This document shows positions 18,710 through 30,500 of a DNA stretch of 64,000 bases, one piece after another (position 1 is the first letter of the stretch; each line of letters starts with the position of its first letter). The translations under genes and the position numbers were made by a program. Source of the stretch: a bacterium (GTDB taxonomy: Bacteria; Omnitrophota; Gorgyraeia; Aquiviventales; Aquiviventaceae); NCBI GenBank assembly GCA_036396895.1, contig DASWKB010000038.1:13145-77144 (forward strand), in the 5' to 3' direction. Below the pieces are notes generated by a model that had not been told where the DNA came from, ran no database searches, and saw only the letters and a list, made by a program, of their open reading frames with translations.

Positions 18710-21414
18710 CACGTCCTCCGCTCGCTTCGGTCGGCGGCGAGAGCCTGGCCGAGCGACAGTCCGCCGTCATTCGGCGGAACGCGCTGATGCCAGTAGGGGC
18801 GAAATCCGGCATCGCGCAGGCGGCGCACCGCCCGCTCGGTCAGCCGGCGGTTCTGGAAGCACCCGCCGCTGAGCGCGACACGGCGCTCGCCGATCGCGGC
18901 GGCCGCCGCAAGGATATATTCTACCAAGGTCTCGTGCACGTTCGCCGCGATGATTCCCGCGTCCACGCCGCGCCGGCGGTCCTCGAGGAGCCCGCGCACC
19001 ATCGGACCCCAGTCGATCACGATGGGCGAGTCCGCCCCTCCCGGCCGGCCCAGCCGCACAGGGTACGGCCCGGAGCCGTCCGCGCGCCCGGCCACGTCTT
19101 CCAGCAGCATCGCCGCCTGCGCTTCGAACGCCGCGACCTGCCGCAGCCCGATGAGCGCGGCGACGGCGTCGAAGAGCCGCCCGGCGCTCGAGGTGATCGG
19201 CGCGTGGATCCCGCGCCTCAGCATGACCCGCAGCACCTCCCGCTCCTTCGGTGTGAACGCGGCCAGCGCCGGCACCTCGCGGCGCGAAAACGCCCCCTCG
19301 CCGAAGAGCTCGTACAGCACGCCGAGCGCCGAGCGCCGCGGCTCCTTGACGGCCTGATCCCCGCCCGGGAGGCGGAACGTGCGCAAGTGCGCCGCGCGCT
19401 CGAACCCCCGGGCGCCGACGCGAAGGAATTCCCCTCCCCAGACCGTGCCATCGAGCCCGTACCCCGTGCCGTCCCAGGCGACGCCGAGGACCGGCGGCTC
19501 CAGGTCGTTCTCCGCCATGCAGCTGAGCACGTGCGCGTAGTGATGCTGCACCGCCACGACCGGGAGGCCCGTCTGCCCGGCATACTGGGTCGAGCGGTAA
19601 TCCGGGTGGGCGTCGCAGGCGACCGCCTGAGGCCGCGCCTCGTGCAGGCGCGCGAGGTTCTCCGCGGCCTGCTGGAACGCGGCATACGCCTGCACGGTCT
19701 CGAGATCGCCCAGGTGCTGGCTGACGACCACGCCGGAGCCGACGGTGAGCGCGACGGTGTTCTTCAGGTGCCCGCCGACGGCGAGCACGGTCCGGACGGA
19801 GCGCCGCTTCAGCGGCACCGGCAGAGGGGCGTAGCCGCGCGCCCGGCGGATCAGAAGCTCGCGCTCGAGCACGACGCGCACGACGGAATCGTCCACGTGC
19901 CTGGCGATCGGCCGGTTGTGGACCAGAAAGAGGTCGGCAATGCCCTCCAGCCTGTCCAGCGCCTCGCTCTCGTCCGTGCAGATCGGCTCGTCCGAGAGGT
20001 TACCGCTGGTCGCCACGATGGGACCCGCGACCGCCTGAACGAGCAGGTGGTGCAGCGGCGTGTACGGGAGCATGACGCCCAGCGTCCGTTGCCCGGGGGC
20101 GAGGCTCTCCGCCAACGGGGACTCCTCAGGCCGGATCCGCTTCTCGAGCAGCACAATCGGGGCCTGGGGAGACGCGAGGAGGCGCTCCTCGATTTCCGAT
20201 ACGTCGCACTGCGCCCGCACCGCGCCGACCGAGCGCACCATCACCGCCAGCGGCTTCTCCTCGCGCCGCTTGCGCTCGCGCAGTTCCCGCACGGCGCCGT
20301 CATTGCGCGCGTCCGCGACCAGATGGAATCCGCCGAGCCCCTTGACCGCCACGATGCCGCCTGAGCGCACTGCCTCGGCCGCCGCCGCGAGCGCGGCGGC
20401 GTCCCTGGCCAGCACCGCGCCCGCCGGATCCCACAGCGCCAGACGGGGTCCGCAGGCCGGGCAGGCGTTCGGCTGGGCGTGGAACCGGCGGTCGGCCGGA
20501 TCGTCGTATTCGCGGCGGCAGTCCGGGCAGAGCGTGAAGCGGCTCATCGTCGTGGCCGGCCGGTCGTAGGGCAGTGCGAGGATAATGCTGAACCGCGGCC
20601 CGCAGTTCGTGCAGTTGGTGAACGGATACCGGAAGCGGCGGTCGCGCGGATCGTCGAGCTCCCGACGGCAGTCCGCGCACGTCGCCAAATCTGGCAGGAC
20701 GACGCCGGTCCGGGCGCCGCCCTGACCGCTTTGGCGGATGGCGAAACCGCGGAGCCCGGCCGCGTCCAGCCAGCGGACCTCCTCGCTGTACACCGCGGCC
20801 TGTGGCGGGAGATCATGGCGGAGCCCCTCCAGCAGCCGCGCGAGCGTCTCCGGAGCGCCTTCCGCCTCGACGATCACGCCTTGGGGGGAGTTCTGCACCC
20901 AGCCGTCGAGCCCGAGCCGGGTCGCCAGCCGGTGCACGAAGGGACGGAACCCGACGCCCTGTACCGCGCCGGTCAGGGCGACGTGGAGCCGCCGCCGCTC
21001 CTGCCGCGCGATCCGGATCCCGGATTGTTGCGCCATCGGACTCTCCATCCGCCGTGACGGCCCCTCGGCCGCCTCCGTCGAATCCGCCACCGTCACGTCG
21101 ATCACCTCGAGCGCGTGCGCACCCGGCACCTCGATCAGCGCGCCGCAGGCGCCGCACGGGAGCATCGACCCGGCGAGCGCGTCGTGCGTCACGGGCTCAT
21201 CGCGCCCGCACGCGCACCGGACGGACGTCACGCCCGGCTCGATGATGACCTCGGCGGACTCCAGGACGGACCCCGCCGAGGCGGCCGCGAGGGCGTGCCG
21301 CACCGCCTCGGGCGCGAGCGCGCCTCCCGCACGGACCCGCACCTGTCGTACTCCTGTCGGGAACCGCCGGGTGAGCTCGCGCATCAGGGCCAAGACGGAG
21401 CCGGATTCATGCAT
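18709..21414 (-). CDS. hypAF: HypA-HypF fusion: N-terminal HypA (Ni-insertion zinc-finger protein) fused in-frame to carbamoyltransferase HypF
   Basis: MHESGSVLALMRELT… plus CxxC…CxxC (CACGRD…CGACG) make a HypA of about 115 aa. After a linker comes the HypF acylphosphatase domain (LTGAVQGVGFRPFV), two CxxC zinc fingers, and the YrdC and Kae1-like domains, ending …GGLSLGQ. There is no stop codon between the HypA and HypF parts. Confidence 0.75.
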   Translation of the reverse strand: MHESGSVLALMRELTRRFPTGVRQVRVRAGGALAPEAVRHALAAASAGSVLESAEVIIEPGVTSVRCACGRDEPVTHDALAGSMLPCGACGALIEVPGAHALEVIDVTVADSTEAAEGPSRRMESPMAQQSGIRIARQERRRLHVALTGAVQGVGFRPFVHRLATRLGLDGWVQNSPQGVIVEAEGAPETLARLLEGLRHDLPPQAAVYSEEVRWLDAAGLRGFAIRQSGQGGARTGVVLPDLATCADCRRELDDPRDRRFRYPFTNCTNCGPRFSIILALPYDRPATTMSRFTLCPDCRREYDDPADRRFHAQPNACPACGPRLALWDPAGAVLARDAAALAAAAEAVRSGGIVAVKGLGGFHLVADARNDGAVRELRERKRREEKPLAVMVRSVGAVRAQCDVSEIEERLLASPQAPIVLLEKRIRPEESPLAESLAPGQRTLGVMLPYTPLHHLLVQAVAGPIVATSGNLSDEPICTDESEALDRLEGIADLFLVHNRPIARHVDDSVVRVVLERELLIRRARGYAPLPVPLKRRSVRTVLAVGGHLKNTVALTVGSGVVVSQHLGDLETVQAYAAFQQAAENLARLHEARPQAVACDAHPDYRSTQYAGQTGLPVVAVQHHYAHVLSCMAENDLEPPVLGVAWDGTGYGLDGTVWGGEFLRVGARGFERAAHLRTFRLPGGDQAVKEPRRSALGVLYELFGEGAFSRREVPALAAFTPKEREVLRVMLRRGIHAPITSSAGRLFDAVAALIGLRQVAAFEAQAAMLLEDVAGRADGSGPYPVRLGRPGGADSPIVIDWGPMVRGLLEDRRRGVDAGIIAANVHETLVEYILAAAAAIGERRVALSGGCFQNRRLTERAVRRLRDAGFRPYWHQRVPPNDGGLSLGQALAADRSERRT

Positions 21415-21973
21415 CGGGCACCGCCGGCTCAGGCGCGCGCGGAGGCGCGGACGGACACGCCAGGTCCCGCAGGATGCGCCCCGCGACCTTCGCAGACGCC
21501 CGTCGCACCGCGGGCGTGACCGGCGCTCCGGGATCAAAGCAGTCCCCCTCGATGCCGTACACCATCACCCGGGCCGGCAGACGGCGCATCGCCCGGGCCA
21601 GCTCGATCGCGTCGGCGACGCCCATCCCGTGCGTCGAGTGCTGGCGCAGCTCAGCCGGTACGGGACCCTCGCTCACGGCGAGCCGGTGGATCGTCCCCGG
21701 CCGAGCGCCGGAGGCGACGGCATCGATGAGCACGACGTGCTCATGGGCCGCCCAGGCATCCAACAACTCCGTCAGCGCGCCCCCGGCTTCGAGGATCTCG
21801 ACGCCCGGCAATGCCGCGGACCGAATGCGGCGCGCCGCCAGCACCCCGGCGGCGTCATCGCCGCGGAGCGTGTTCCCCATGCCCACCACGAGCACCCGCC
21901 CGGCCGGCAGAGGCGCCGCCGGACCGGCCGATGCCGCATCCGTCCCGGATGTCCGGCGCGCACGTCCCCGCAT
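21407..21973 (-). CDS. Hydrogenase maturation endopeptidase (HycI/FrhD/HoxW family)
   Basis: VLVVGMGNTLRGDDAAGV (GNxLxxDDG motif), about 160-188 aa, immediately downstream of the large subunit. Confidence 0.75.
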   Translation of the reverse strand: MRGRARRTSGTDAASAGPAAPLPAGRVLVVGMGNTLRGDDAAGVLAARRIRSAALPGVEILEAGGALTELLDAWAAHEHVVLIDAVASGARPGTIHRLAVSEGPVPAELRQHSTHGMGVADAIELARAMRRLPARVMVYGIEGDCFDPGAPVTPAVRRASAKVAGRILRDLACPSAPPRAPEPAVPDA

Positions 21974-21976
21974 GGC

Positions 21977-23300
21977 TCACTCCCGGAACAGCCGCAGCTT
22001 CAAGAAGTGCGTGGAACACGAAATGCACGGGTCGTAGTTCCTCACGGCCTGCTCGCATTGCCACTCGAGTTCCTTCGCCGGGAGCGAGAGCCGTTCCGGC
22101 ACAAACGCCCGGAGATCCTGCTCGATCGTGGCCTGGTTCACCGCCGTCGGAGACACGATCTTGGCGTCCCGGATCGTCCCCGCGTCGTCGATCGTGTACC
22201 GGTGGTAGAGGATCCCCCGCGGCGCCTCGGTGACGGCGTAGCCCGTGCCCGCGCGGGGCCGCACTTCGACGGCGGGGGCGTCGGGCGGCTCGTACGCCTC
22301 GATGATCCGCAGCGCTTCCTCGAACGCGAACACCGTTTCGACCCCGCGCACCAGGATGCTCCGGAACGGGTTCCGGCACGAGTCGCTCAGGCCGGCCTGC
22401 CGCGCCGCGTCTTGCGCGACCGACGGAAGGCGCTCGAAGTTCAGGCTGTACCGGGCCAGCGGCCCGACGTGCGCCGTGCCGCGGCCCTGCACCACGCTGT
22501 GCAAGGCGGTCGAATGCGGCTGGTGTTGCTCCAGCAAGTGGGCATCGTAGTCCCGGACCTCGATGTCGAGGCCTTTGTTGGACACGAGCCGTCCTTCGTT
22601 CAGCGGGTACTCCTCGGCGTGCCGGAGCGCCACGAACTCATAGTCCTGCTCGAAGTCCGGGTAGGACAGCGTGGCCAGCCACGACATCGTCTTCACGGCG
22701 GCGTCGCGCCCCCAGGCCAGTTCGTCGCGCATGACCGCCAGTTCCGACTTGGTCGGCACCCGGTAGAATCCGCCGATCTTGACGTTGATCGGGTGGATCT
22801 CCCGTCCGCCCAGGAGCGTCATGAGCGTATTGCCGGCCTTCTTCATGCGGAGGCCGCGCTGGACGAGCTCAGGATGGTCTTTGGCCATCTGCACCGCGTC
22901 CTGATACCCGAGGAAATCCGGCGCGTGGAGCAAAAACATGTGCAGCACGTGGCTCTCGATCCATTCGCCGCAGTACAAGAGCCGCCGGAGCGCCCGCAGC
23001 GGCCCGTCCACGGTCACGCCGCAGATCTGCTCCATCGCATGCACGGCGCACATCTGATAGGCGACCGGGCAGATCCCGCAGATGCGCGCGGTGAGATCCG
23101 GCGCTTCGCGGAAATCCCGGCCGCGCAGCAACGCCTCGAAAAACCGCGGCGGCTCGACAATGCGCAGCTTCACGTCCTTGACGTCCCTCCCGCGGATGCG
23201 GATGTCGAGGCCGCCCTCGCCCTCCACCCGGGCGAGATAGTTCACCTTAATGTGACGCGTCGCGGTGCGGGGCATGGGCTTCACTCTCCCGTCGGAAGAC
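21977..23300 (-). CDS. hydA: [NiFe]-hydrogenase large (alpha) subunit, group 3b (sulfhydrogenase/NADP-coupled type)
   Basis: N-terminal [10 protein letters not shown] and C-terminal [10 protein letters not shown] Ni-binding CxxC pairs. About 440 aa. Confidence 0.85.
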
Positions 23301-24044
23301 ATCGGCATAGGCGTTGTACGTCCGGAAGCTGCGCACGAGGTCCGCCTCATGCGCGCCCAGCTGCTTCCACTGCTCGCTCAGCGCGCGGGTGTTGGCGCTT
23401 TCCATCGGGCCGAAACACCCGTAGCAGCCGCGGGAGAAAGCCGGGCAGATCGCCCCGCAGCCGTCCTGGGTGACGGGACCCAGACACGGCGTCCCGTGGG
23501 CCGTCATCACGCACGTCAGGCCGCGACGCTTGCAGGTGAGGCAGACGCTCGACGTCGGCAGGTTCGGCGCCCGTCCGTTCAGGAGCGCGCTGAAGACTTC
23601 CAGGAGCTGCGCCTTGTTGATCGGACAGCCCCGCAGTTCCAGATCCACCGTCACGTGGTCGATGATCGGCGTCGAGCGCTCCAGCGTCTCGATGTACTCC
23701 GGTTTGGCGTAGACGATGGACACGAACTCGTTGACCTTGCGGAAATTCCGCAGCGCCTGGATCCCGCCCGCGGTCGCGCACGCCCCGATGGTCACCAGCA
23801 TCCGGGACGCCCGCCGCACCTGTTGAATCCGCTCGGCATCATGGGAGGTCGTCACGGACCCTTCGACCAGCGAGACGTCATACGGCCCCTTCACGACGGC
23901 CCGTGACGCCTCAGGAAAATTCGCGATGTCCACCGCGCCCGCCACCGCGAGGAGCTCGTCCTCGCAGTCGAGGAGGCTCAGCTGACACCCGTCGCAGGAC
24001 GCGAATTTCCAGACTGCCAGTGTCGGCCGCTTCACCGCTCCCAT
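23247..24044 (-). CDS. hydD: [NiFe]-hydrogenase small (delta) subunit, group 3
   Basis: [12 protein letters not shown]…IGACATAGG, a short group-3 small subunit lacking a Tat signal. Confidence 0.8.
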   Translation of the reverse strand: MGAVKRPTLAVWKFASCDGCQLSLLDCEDELLAVAGAVDIANFPEASRAVVKGPYDVSLVEGSVTTSHDAERIQQVRRASRMLVTIGACATAGGIQALRNFRKVNEFVSIVYAKPEYIETLERSTPIIDHVTVDLELRGCPINKAQLLEVFSALLNGRAPNLPTSSVCLTCKRRGLTCVMTAHGTPCLGPVTQDGCGAICPAFSRGCYGCFGPMESANTRALSEQWKQLGAHEADLVRSFRTYNAYADVFRRESEAHAPHRDASH

Positions 24045-24045
24045 G

Positions 24046-24906
24046 TCATATCTCCCGCTTGGCCAGCCACGGTTCCACGCGATCGACCCGAAACACCGGG
24101 CCGTCCTTGCAGACAAAGAACGGCCCGAACTGACAGTGCCCGCAGAGCCCGATGGCGCACTTCATATTGCGCTCCAAGCTGACGTAGATCCGGTCGTTCG
24201 TCACGCCGCGCTTCTGGAGCTCCTGGACGGCAAATCGCATCATGATCTCGGGACCGCAGACCATGGCGAGCGCCTGCAGGGGATCGAACCCGGCCCGCCG
24301 GATCAGGGGCGTCACCACCCCGACGTTCCCGCGCCAGCCCCCTTCCCCCCGGTCGACGGTGACCTGGACGTCGAGGTCGAATCGCCCGCCCCAGAGCCGC
24401 AGCTCGTTGCGGAAGAGAATGTCGCTCGGCGTCCGGGTCCCGTACAGCAGCACCACGCGCCCGTACCGGGACCGGTGCGCCAGCACGTGATAGATGGCCG
24501 GCCGCAGCGGCGCCAGCCCGATCCCGCCCGCGACGATCACGACATCCCGGCCGGCGGCGAGGTCCAGCGGCCAGCCGGTGCCGAAGGGCCCGCGCACGCC
24601 GAGGAGCCCTCCGCGTCCAAGACGGCTCATGGCGTTCGTCACCGCGCCCACGGCGCGCGTGGTATGCCCGACGCGCACGGTGGATGCCGGATCGCCCGAG
24701 ATCGAAATCGGGACTTCTCCCACCCCGATCACGTCGAGCATGTTGAACTGTCCGGGCCTGAAGGGCCGGACGCGCGAGCCCGGCTGCGGCTGCAGCTCCA
24801 TCGTAAACGTGTCGGCCGTTTCCTTCCGCACCCGCTTAATGAGAAACAGGTCCGGCCGCATCGGATCGGCGCCCCGCCCGTTCGTCTTGGTCTTCGCGCG
24901 CATCAC
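24046..24906 (-). CDS. hydG: Hydrogenase gamma subunit (PyrK/AsrB-like FAD/NAD(P)-binding, 2Fe-2S)
   Basis: FNR-like fold and the C-terminal [10 protein letters not shown] 2Fe-2S motif. Confidence 0.8.
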   Translation of the reverse strand: MMRAKTKTNGRGADPMRPDLFLIKRVRKETADTFTMELQPQPGSRVRPFRPGQFNMLDVIGVGEVPISISGDPASTVRVGHTTRAVGAVTNAMSRLGRGGLLGVRGPFGTGWPLDLAAGRDVVIVAGGIGLAPLRPAIYHVLAHRSRYGRVVLLYGTRTPSDILFRNELRLWGGRFDLDVQVTVDRGEGGWRGNVGVVTPLIRRAGFDPLQALAMVCGPEIMMRFAVQELQKRGVTNDRIYVSLERNMKCAIGLCGHCQFGPFFVCKDGPVFRVDRVEPWLAKREI

Positions 24907-25363
24907 GCTCCCCCGTAGAGGTCCTGCAATTGCAGGCGAGCCGACTCCAGCCGGTCCGCGATCACCTGCGAGAAGCGCCGCAGGAGTTCATACCCCAGGT
25001 CGTGATCCTGCTCGCATTTCTTCCGCAGACACTCGCCGTCCAGCACCACGGCGCGGACCGGCGTCAGGGCGCGGGCGTCAAAGCGCCACTGATGCGGCGG
25101 GATGAGCCACGACCAGCCGAGCACGTCCCCCGCGGAGACGGTCTGAATCGTCCGGGGCGACCCGCCCACCGGCGGCAGCTCGATCCCGACGCGGCCTTCG
25201 CGCAGCACGTAGAACGCATTCGCCGGCTCGCCCGTGCGGAATATGTACGCCGCGGGCTGCACGGCGACGTTCCGCGCGCATCCGGCCAACACCGTGACGT
25301 AGGGGGCCGGAACATCATGGAAAAACGGGTGGTCGGCCAACAGCGACGCCAGATCGCGCATCA
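24903..25363 (-). CDS. Standalone cyclic-nucleotide-binding (cNMP/CAP effector) domain protein lacking an HTH
   Basis: About 150 aa from [16 protein letters not shown]…; has the beta-roll signature ([18 protein letters not shown]…). It overlaps the hydB stop (ATGA) and the hydG start, so it is embedded in the hydrogenase operon. Confidence 0.6.
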
Positions 25364-26545
25364 GGAGCCTCCTGGGGTGGCCGGCGGATCGCACCGCTCG
25401 GACTCGCGGATTTCCCGGACTTCCTCGGTCACATCGATGCCAACGGGACACCAGCTGATGCAGCGCCCGCACCCCACGCATCCCAGGGTCCCGAACTGGT
25501 CGACCCACGTCGCCAGCTTATGCGTCAGCCATTGCCGGTATCGCGCGCGCGTCGAGCTCCGGATGCTGCCGCCGTGAATGTAGCTGAACGCCATCGTGAA
25601 GCATGAATCCCATTTCCGGACCCGCTCCGCCGTCGTCCCGGTCAGGTCGGTGACCTCCTCCACCGTCGAGCAGAAACAGGTCGGGCACACCATGGTGCAA
25701 TTCGCGCAGGCGAGGCACCGCGACGCGACCTGATCCCAGCGCGGGTGGTCCAGATGCCGGTAGAGCAGGTCCTTCAGGCCGTCCACCTCCAGCGTCCGGC
25801 CCATCCGGGCGGCCGTCTCCGCCACCGCCGACGTCGCGCGGGCCACCGTCTCCGGATCGGCCGGCCGGTGCGCGAGCTCGGCGAGGAGCTCCCCGCCGCG
25901 CGCCGTGCCGACCTCGATGAGGAATTCATGACGCTGCGCGTCGCACAGCTCGGTGAGCGCCAGGTCAAATCCCGTCGTGGCTGCCGGGCCAGACTGCACG
26001 GACGCGCAGAAGCAGGTGCCGCCCGACTGGGTGCAGTTGACCGCGATCAGGCACGCGGATTGACGGCGGGCCGCGTACTGCGGATCGGCCCACGTCCCCT
26101 CGAGCAGAATCCGGTCCTGCACCGCGATCGCCTGAAGCTCGCATGCCCGCACGCCGAGGAACGCCAGCTTCTCACGCGGCGCGCCGCCCCCCGTGAACGC
26201 CGGCGCCCGCCCGGAGCGATCGACCCGGCAGACGGTCGCCACGGGAGGGTACAGCCAGCGCTTCCATGACTGCGGGCTGAGCGTATAGCCGAAGAGCGTG
26301 TCGTGCTCCCGGCGGAAGAGCCGGTAGCGCCCCGGGGCCTGCTCGTCGCCCCACCCCGCCGGCAGCGCCTCGGGCCCATCGAGTTCATCGTAGACCACGG
26401 CGCCGTCCCGCACGGTCGGACCGATCACCCGGTACTCCCGCTTGCGCAGCGCGTCGAACAGGCTCCCGAGCGCGGCGCGTTCCATGAGCGCCCGCCCCCC
26501 CGTCCCGAGGGCCCGCCGATTCCCCTGTGATGCCGTGCCGCCCAT
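25361..26545 (-). CDS. hydB: Hydrogenase beta subunit (AsrA-like, multiple 4Fe-4S clusters)
   Basis: CLACANCTMVCPTCFC plus further Cys clusters; about 394 aa. Confidence 0.8.
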   Translation of the reverse strand: MGGTASQGNRRALGTGGRALMERAALGSLFDALRKREYRVIGPTVRDGAVVYDELDGPEALPAGWGDEQAPGRYRLFRREHDTLFGYTLSPQSWKRWLYPPVATVCRVDRSGRAPAFTGGGAPREKLAFLGVRACELQAIAVQDRILLEGTWADPQYAARRQSACLIAVNCTQSGGTCFCASVQSGPAATTGFDLALTELCDAQRHEFLIEVGTARGGELLAELAHRPADPETVARATSAVAETAARMGRTLEVDGLKDLLYRHLDHPRWDQVASRCLACANCTMVCPTCFCSTVEEVTDLTGTTAERVRKWDSCFTMAFSYIHGGSIRSSTRARYRQWLTHKLATWVDQFGTLGCVGCGRCISWCPVGIDVTEEVREIRESERCDPPATPGGS

Positions 26546-26558
26546 GCGTGGTCTCCTC

Positions 26559-27587
26559 TCACGATCCGTCCGGCGCGTCGCCGGGCCGGGGACGCAGCGC
26601 GTAGGAACGCAGCACCTTCATGTAATTGGCCCGCTCGAACGCTTCGGGCTCGGCCACCGCCACCGTGCTCATGCTGCCCTGCATCTGCTGGACGGACTCG
26701 TATTCGTGCTCTTCCATCCACCGCACGAGGCCGGCCGTGAGCGTCTGCACGTGCTCGGGGCCGTGGCGCAGCAGCGCCGAGGTCATCATGGCCACCCGCG
26801 CGCCGGCCATCATGGCCTTCAGGACGTCCTCCGCCGTGTGGACGCCCCCCGTGACCGCCAGGTCCGCGCGCAGGCAGCCGTAGAGCATCGCCACCCACTG
26901 CAGGCGAAGCCGCAGCTCATCCGACGTGCTGAGCCGCAAGTTCGGGACGACCTCCAGCCGCTCCAGATCCAGATCCGGCTGATAGAACCGGTTGAACACG
27001 ACGAGCGCATCCGCCCCCGCGGACTCCAGGCGGCGGGCGATGTGGGCCAGCGCGCTGAAGAACGGGCTGAGCTTGACGGCCACCGGGATGTCGATGCTCG
27101 CCGCCACGTCCCTGACCAGCTGGACATACATCGCCTCGACGTCCGCGCCGCTGGTGTCCGGATTGGTCGGGATGAAATAGACGTTGAGCTCCAGCGCGTC
27201 TGCGCCGGCCTCCTGGATCCGCTTGGCGTAGCTGATCCAGCCGCCGGTGGAGACGCCGTTCAAACTGCCGATGATCGGGATCCCCACCGCCGCTTTCGCC
27301 CGCCGGATGTGCTCGAGGTACTCCTCGGGTCCGAGGTTGTAGCGCGTCATGTCCGGAAAGTAGGTGAGCGCCTCCGCGAAGCTCTCCGTCCCGTAGGAGA
27401 GGAACCGGTCCAGGTCCTGGCTCTCCAGAACGATCTGCTCCTCGAACAGCGACGGCAGCACGACGGCCGCGATGCCCGCGTCCTCGAGGCGCTGGATGCT
27501 CCGGAGGTCCTCCCCCAAGGGCCCGGCCGAGGCGACGAGCGGGCTGCGCAGCGTCAATCCCAGGTAGCGCGTCGTGAGGTCAGGCAT
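26559..27587 (-). CDS. Dihydroorotate dehydrogenase-like (PyrD class 1-like FMN TIM-barrel) protein
   Basis: …[11 protein letters not shown]…, [11 protein letters not shown] and [19 protein letters not shown] match the DHOD family. Sits between PFOR and hydB. Confidence 0.65.
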   Translation of the reverse strand: MPDLTTRYLGLTLRSPLVASAGPLGEDLRSIQRLEDAGIAAVVLPSLFEEQIVLESQDLDRFLSYGTESFAEALTYFPDMTRYNLGPEEYLEHIRRAKAAVGIPIIGSLNGVSTGGWISYAKRIQEAGADALELNVYFIPTNPDTSGADVEAMYVQLVRDVAASIDIPVAVKLSPFFSALAHIARRLESAGADALVVFNRFYQPDLDLERLEVVPNLRLSTSDELRLRLQWVAMLYGCLRADLAVTGGVHTAEDVLKAMMAGARVAMMTSALLRHGPEHVQTLTAGLVRWMEEHEYESVQQMQGSMSTVAVAEPEAFERANYMKVLRSYALRPRPGDAPDGS

Positions 27588-30500
27588 GAGGGGCCTCCGG
27601 CGGCGCGTCCGTCACGGCGCTGGACGCCAGGTGCTGGTAGCGGCGCCATCGCACCCTGACGTCCTCCTGCGCGAGCTCCAGCAGGCGCTTGGCCTCCTCC
27701 GGATTGCTGTGCGCCAGCATGGTGTACCGGGTCTCGTTGTAGATGTAGTTCTCCAGGGGGATGCTGGGCGGTCCGGAGTCGATCAGCAGCGGGTGCTTGC
27801 CGTCCCCCGGGCGCGCCGGGTGGTACCGGAACAGCGGCCAGTGCCCGGATTGAACCGCGGCTTTCTGCTGGTCCATCCCGTGCACGAGGTCGTAGCCGTG
27901 CGCGATGCAGTGGCTGTAGGCGATGATCAGCGACGGCCCATCGTAGGCTTCCGCTTCGAGAAAGGCCCTCAGGGTCTGCATGTCGCTTGCGCCCATGGCC
28001 ACCTGCGCGACGTACACGTGCCCGTAGCTCAGCGCCATGAGCGCCAGGTCCTTCTTCGGCATCTGCTTGCCGCTCGCGGCGAACTTCGCGACGCCAGCCC
28101 GCGGCGTGGCCTTGGACATCTGGCCACCGGTGTTCGAGTACACTTCCGTGTCCAGCACGAGCACGTTGACGTTGTGCCCGGAGGCCAGGACGTGGTCGAG
28201 ACCGCCGTAACCGATGTCGTACGCCCAGCCGTCCCCGCCCACGATCCAGACGGTCTTCTTGACCAGGACGTCCGCCAGTCGCTCCAAATCGGCCCCCTCC
28301 TGCTCCGCCAGCCCGCGGAGCCGCTCCTTCAGGCGCGCCACGCGCTGCCGCTGCGCCCGCAGGCCGGTCTCGGAGCTCTGGTCGGCGTTGAGGATCGAGT
28401 CCACGAGCTCCTCGCCGACGATGTCGCCGAGCTTGACCAGCAGCCGCTTGGCATAGGCCCCCTGCGCGTCGAGTGCCAAGCGCATGCCCAAGCCGAATTC
28501 CGCGTTGTCCTCGAAGAGGGAGTTGGCCCACGCCGGCCCGCGGCCGTCCCCGTTCGCGGTCCAGGGCGTGGTCGGAAGGTTCCCGCCGTAGATGGAGGAG
28601 CAGCCCGTCGCGTTGGCGATCATCGCCCGGTCGCCGAAGAGCTGGCTGAGCAGCTTGAGATACGGCGTCTCGCCGCATCCCGCACAGGCGCCGGAGAATT
28701 CGAACAGCGGCGGCAGGAGCTGCACGTCCTTCACCTGCGCGAGCGCGAGCGCCTCCCGGTCCGCCTCGGGCAGCGACAGGAAGAACTCCCAGTTGTCCCG
28801 CTCGGCCGTCCGGAGCGGCTCCTGCGGGTGCATGTTGATGGCCTTGTGCCGGACTTCGCGCTTGCTCTTGACCGGACACACCTCCACGCACAGGGCGCAT
28901 CCGGTGCAGTCTTCCGGCGCGACCTGCAGCGTATAGCGGCGGCCGCCGAACTCCCGCCACCGGGCGGGCGCGGACTTGAACGTCTCCGGCGCGCCCTGGA
29001 GCCGGTCCGCCGGATAGACCTTCCCCCGGATCACCGCATGCGGGCAGACCAGCACGCACTTGCCGCACTGCACGCAGAGCGTCTCGTCCCACACCGGGAT
29101 CTGCAGCGCGATATTGCGCTTTTCCCAGCGGGCCGTGCCCGTCGGATAGGTGCCGTCGTCCGGCAGCGCGCTCACGGGCAGCTGGTCCCCCTGCCCGACG
29201 ATCATCCGCCCCAGGACGGACTTGACGAACTCCGGCGCCTGCGCGGGGACGGGCGGCAGGAGCTCGAGCGCGCCGTCCGCCTCGGCGGGCACGGCGACCT
29301 CGTGCAGGTGCTCGAGCGCGTGATCGACCGCCGCGAAATTCTTCTGGACCACGGCTTCCCCCCGCTTCCCGTACGTCTTCTGGATGGAGGCTTTGATCGC
29401 CGTGATCGCCTCCTCCCGTGGCAGGACGCCGCTGATGGCGAAAAAGCAGGTCTGCATGACCGTGTTGATCCGCCGGCCCATCCCCGCTTCCTGCGCCACC
29501 CGGTACCCGTCGATGACGAAGACGCGCAGGCGCTTCTCGATGATCTGGCGCTGCACGGGGCGCGGCAGATGCGCCCAGACCTCCCCCGGCCCGTACGGGC
29601 TGTTGAGCAGGAACGTCGCCTCGGAGCGGGCGACGGAGAGGACGTCGAAGCGCTCCAGGAACGAGAACTGGTGGCACGCGACCACGCTCGCCTGCGTGAT
29701 CAGATAGGCCGAGCGGATCGGCCGCGAGCCGAAGCGCAGGTGGGAGACCGTCATGGATCCCGACTTCTTCGAGTCATAGACAAAGTACCCTTGCGCGTAG
29801 AACGGCGTCCCCTCGCCGATGATCTTGATGGAGTTCTTGTTCGCCCCCACCGTCCCGTCGGATCCGAGGCCGTAGAAGATCGCCCGGTGCGTATCCGCGT
29901 CCTCGGTCGAGACCTCCGGGTCGTAGGCCAGGCTCGTCATGGTGACGTCGTCCACGATGCCGACCGTGAAATGGTTCTTCGGAGAGGCGCTCGAGAGCTG
30001 ATCGAACACGCCCGTCAGCATCGCCGGGGTGAACTCCTTGGACGAAAGCCCGTACCGGCCGCCGATGATCTTCGGATGCGTCCGGAAGGGCGCCCGCCCG
30101 GCCGACACGGCTTCCTGGACGGCGGCGACGACGTCCAGGTACAGCGGCTCGCCCGCGCTGCCGGGCTCCTTGGTGCGGTCGAGCACCCCGATGGCGGTCA
30201 CCGTGGGCGGCAGCGCGGCGATGAAGTGCTCCACCGAGAAGGGGCGGTAGAGCCGGACGTTGATGAGCCCGACGCGCGCCCCACGGGCGGTCAGGTACTC
30301 AACGGTCTCCTGGGCCGTTTCGGCGCTGGAGCCCATCAGGACCACCACGTGCTCGGCATCCGGCGCGCCGAGGTAGTCGAAGAGGTGGTAGCGGCGACCC
30401 GTCAGGCGGCCGAGGGCGTCCATCGCGCCCTGCACGATCGCCGGACACGCGAGGTAATACGGATTGGAGGCTTCGCGGGCCTGGAAGTGCACGTCCGGGT

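Noticed and set aside
21407-21537. Separate hypA gene ending before hypF
   Set aside because: Looked for a stop codon between the HypA-like and HypF-like parts. None is present in this frame, so it is reported as a fusion with the caveat of a possible sequencing indel.
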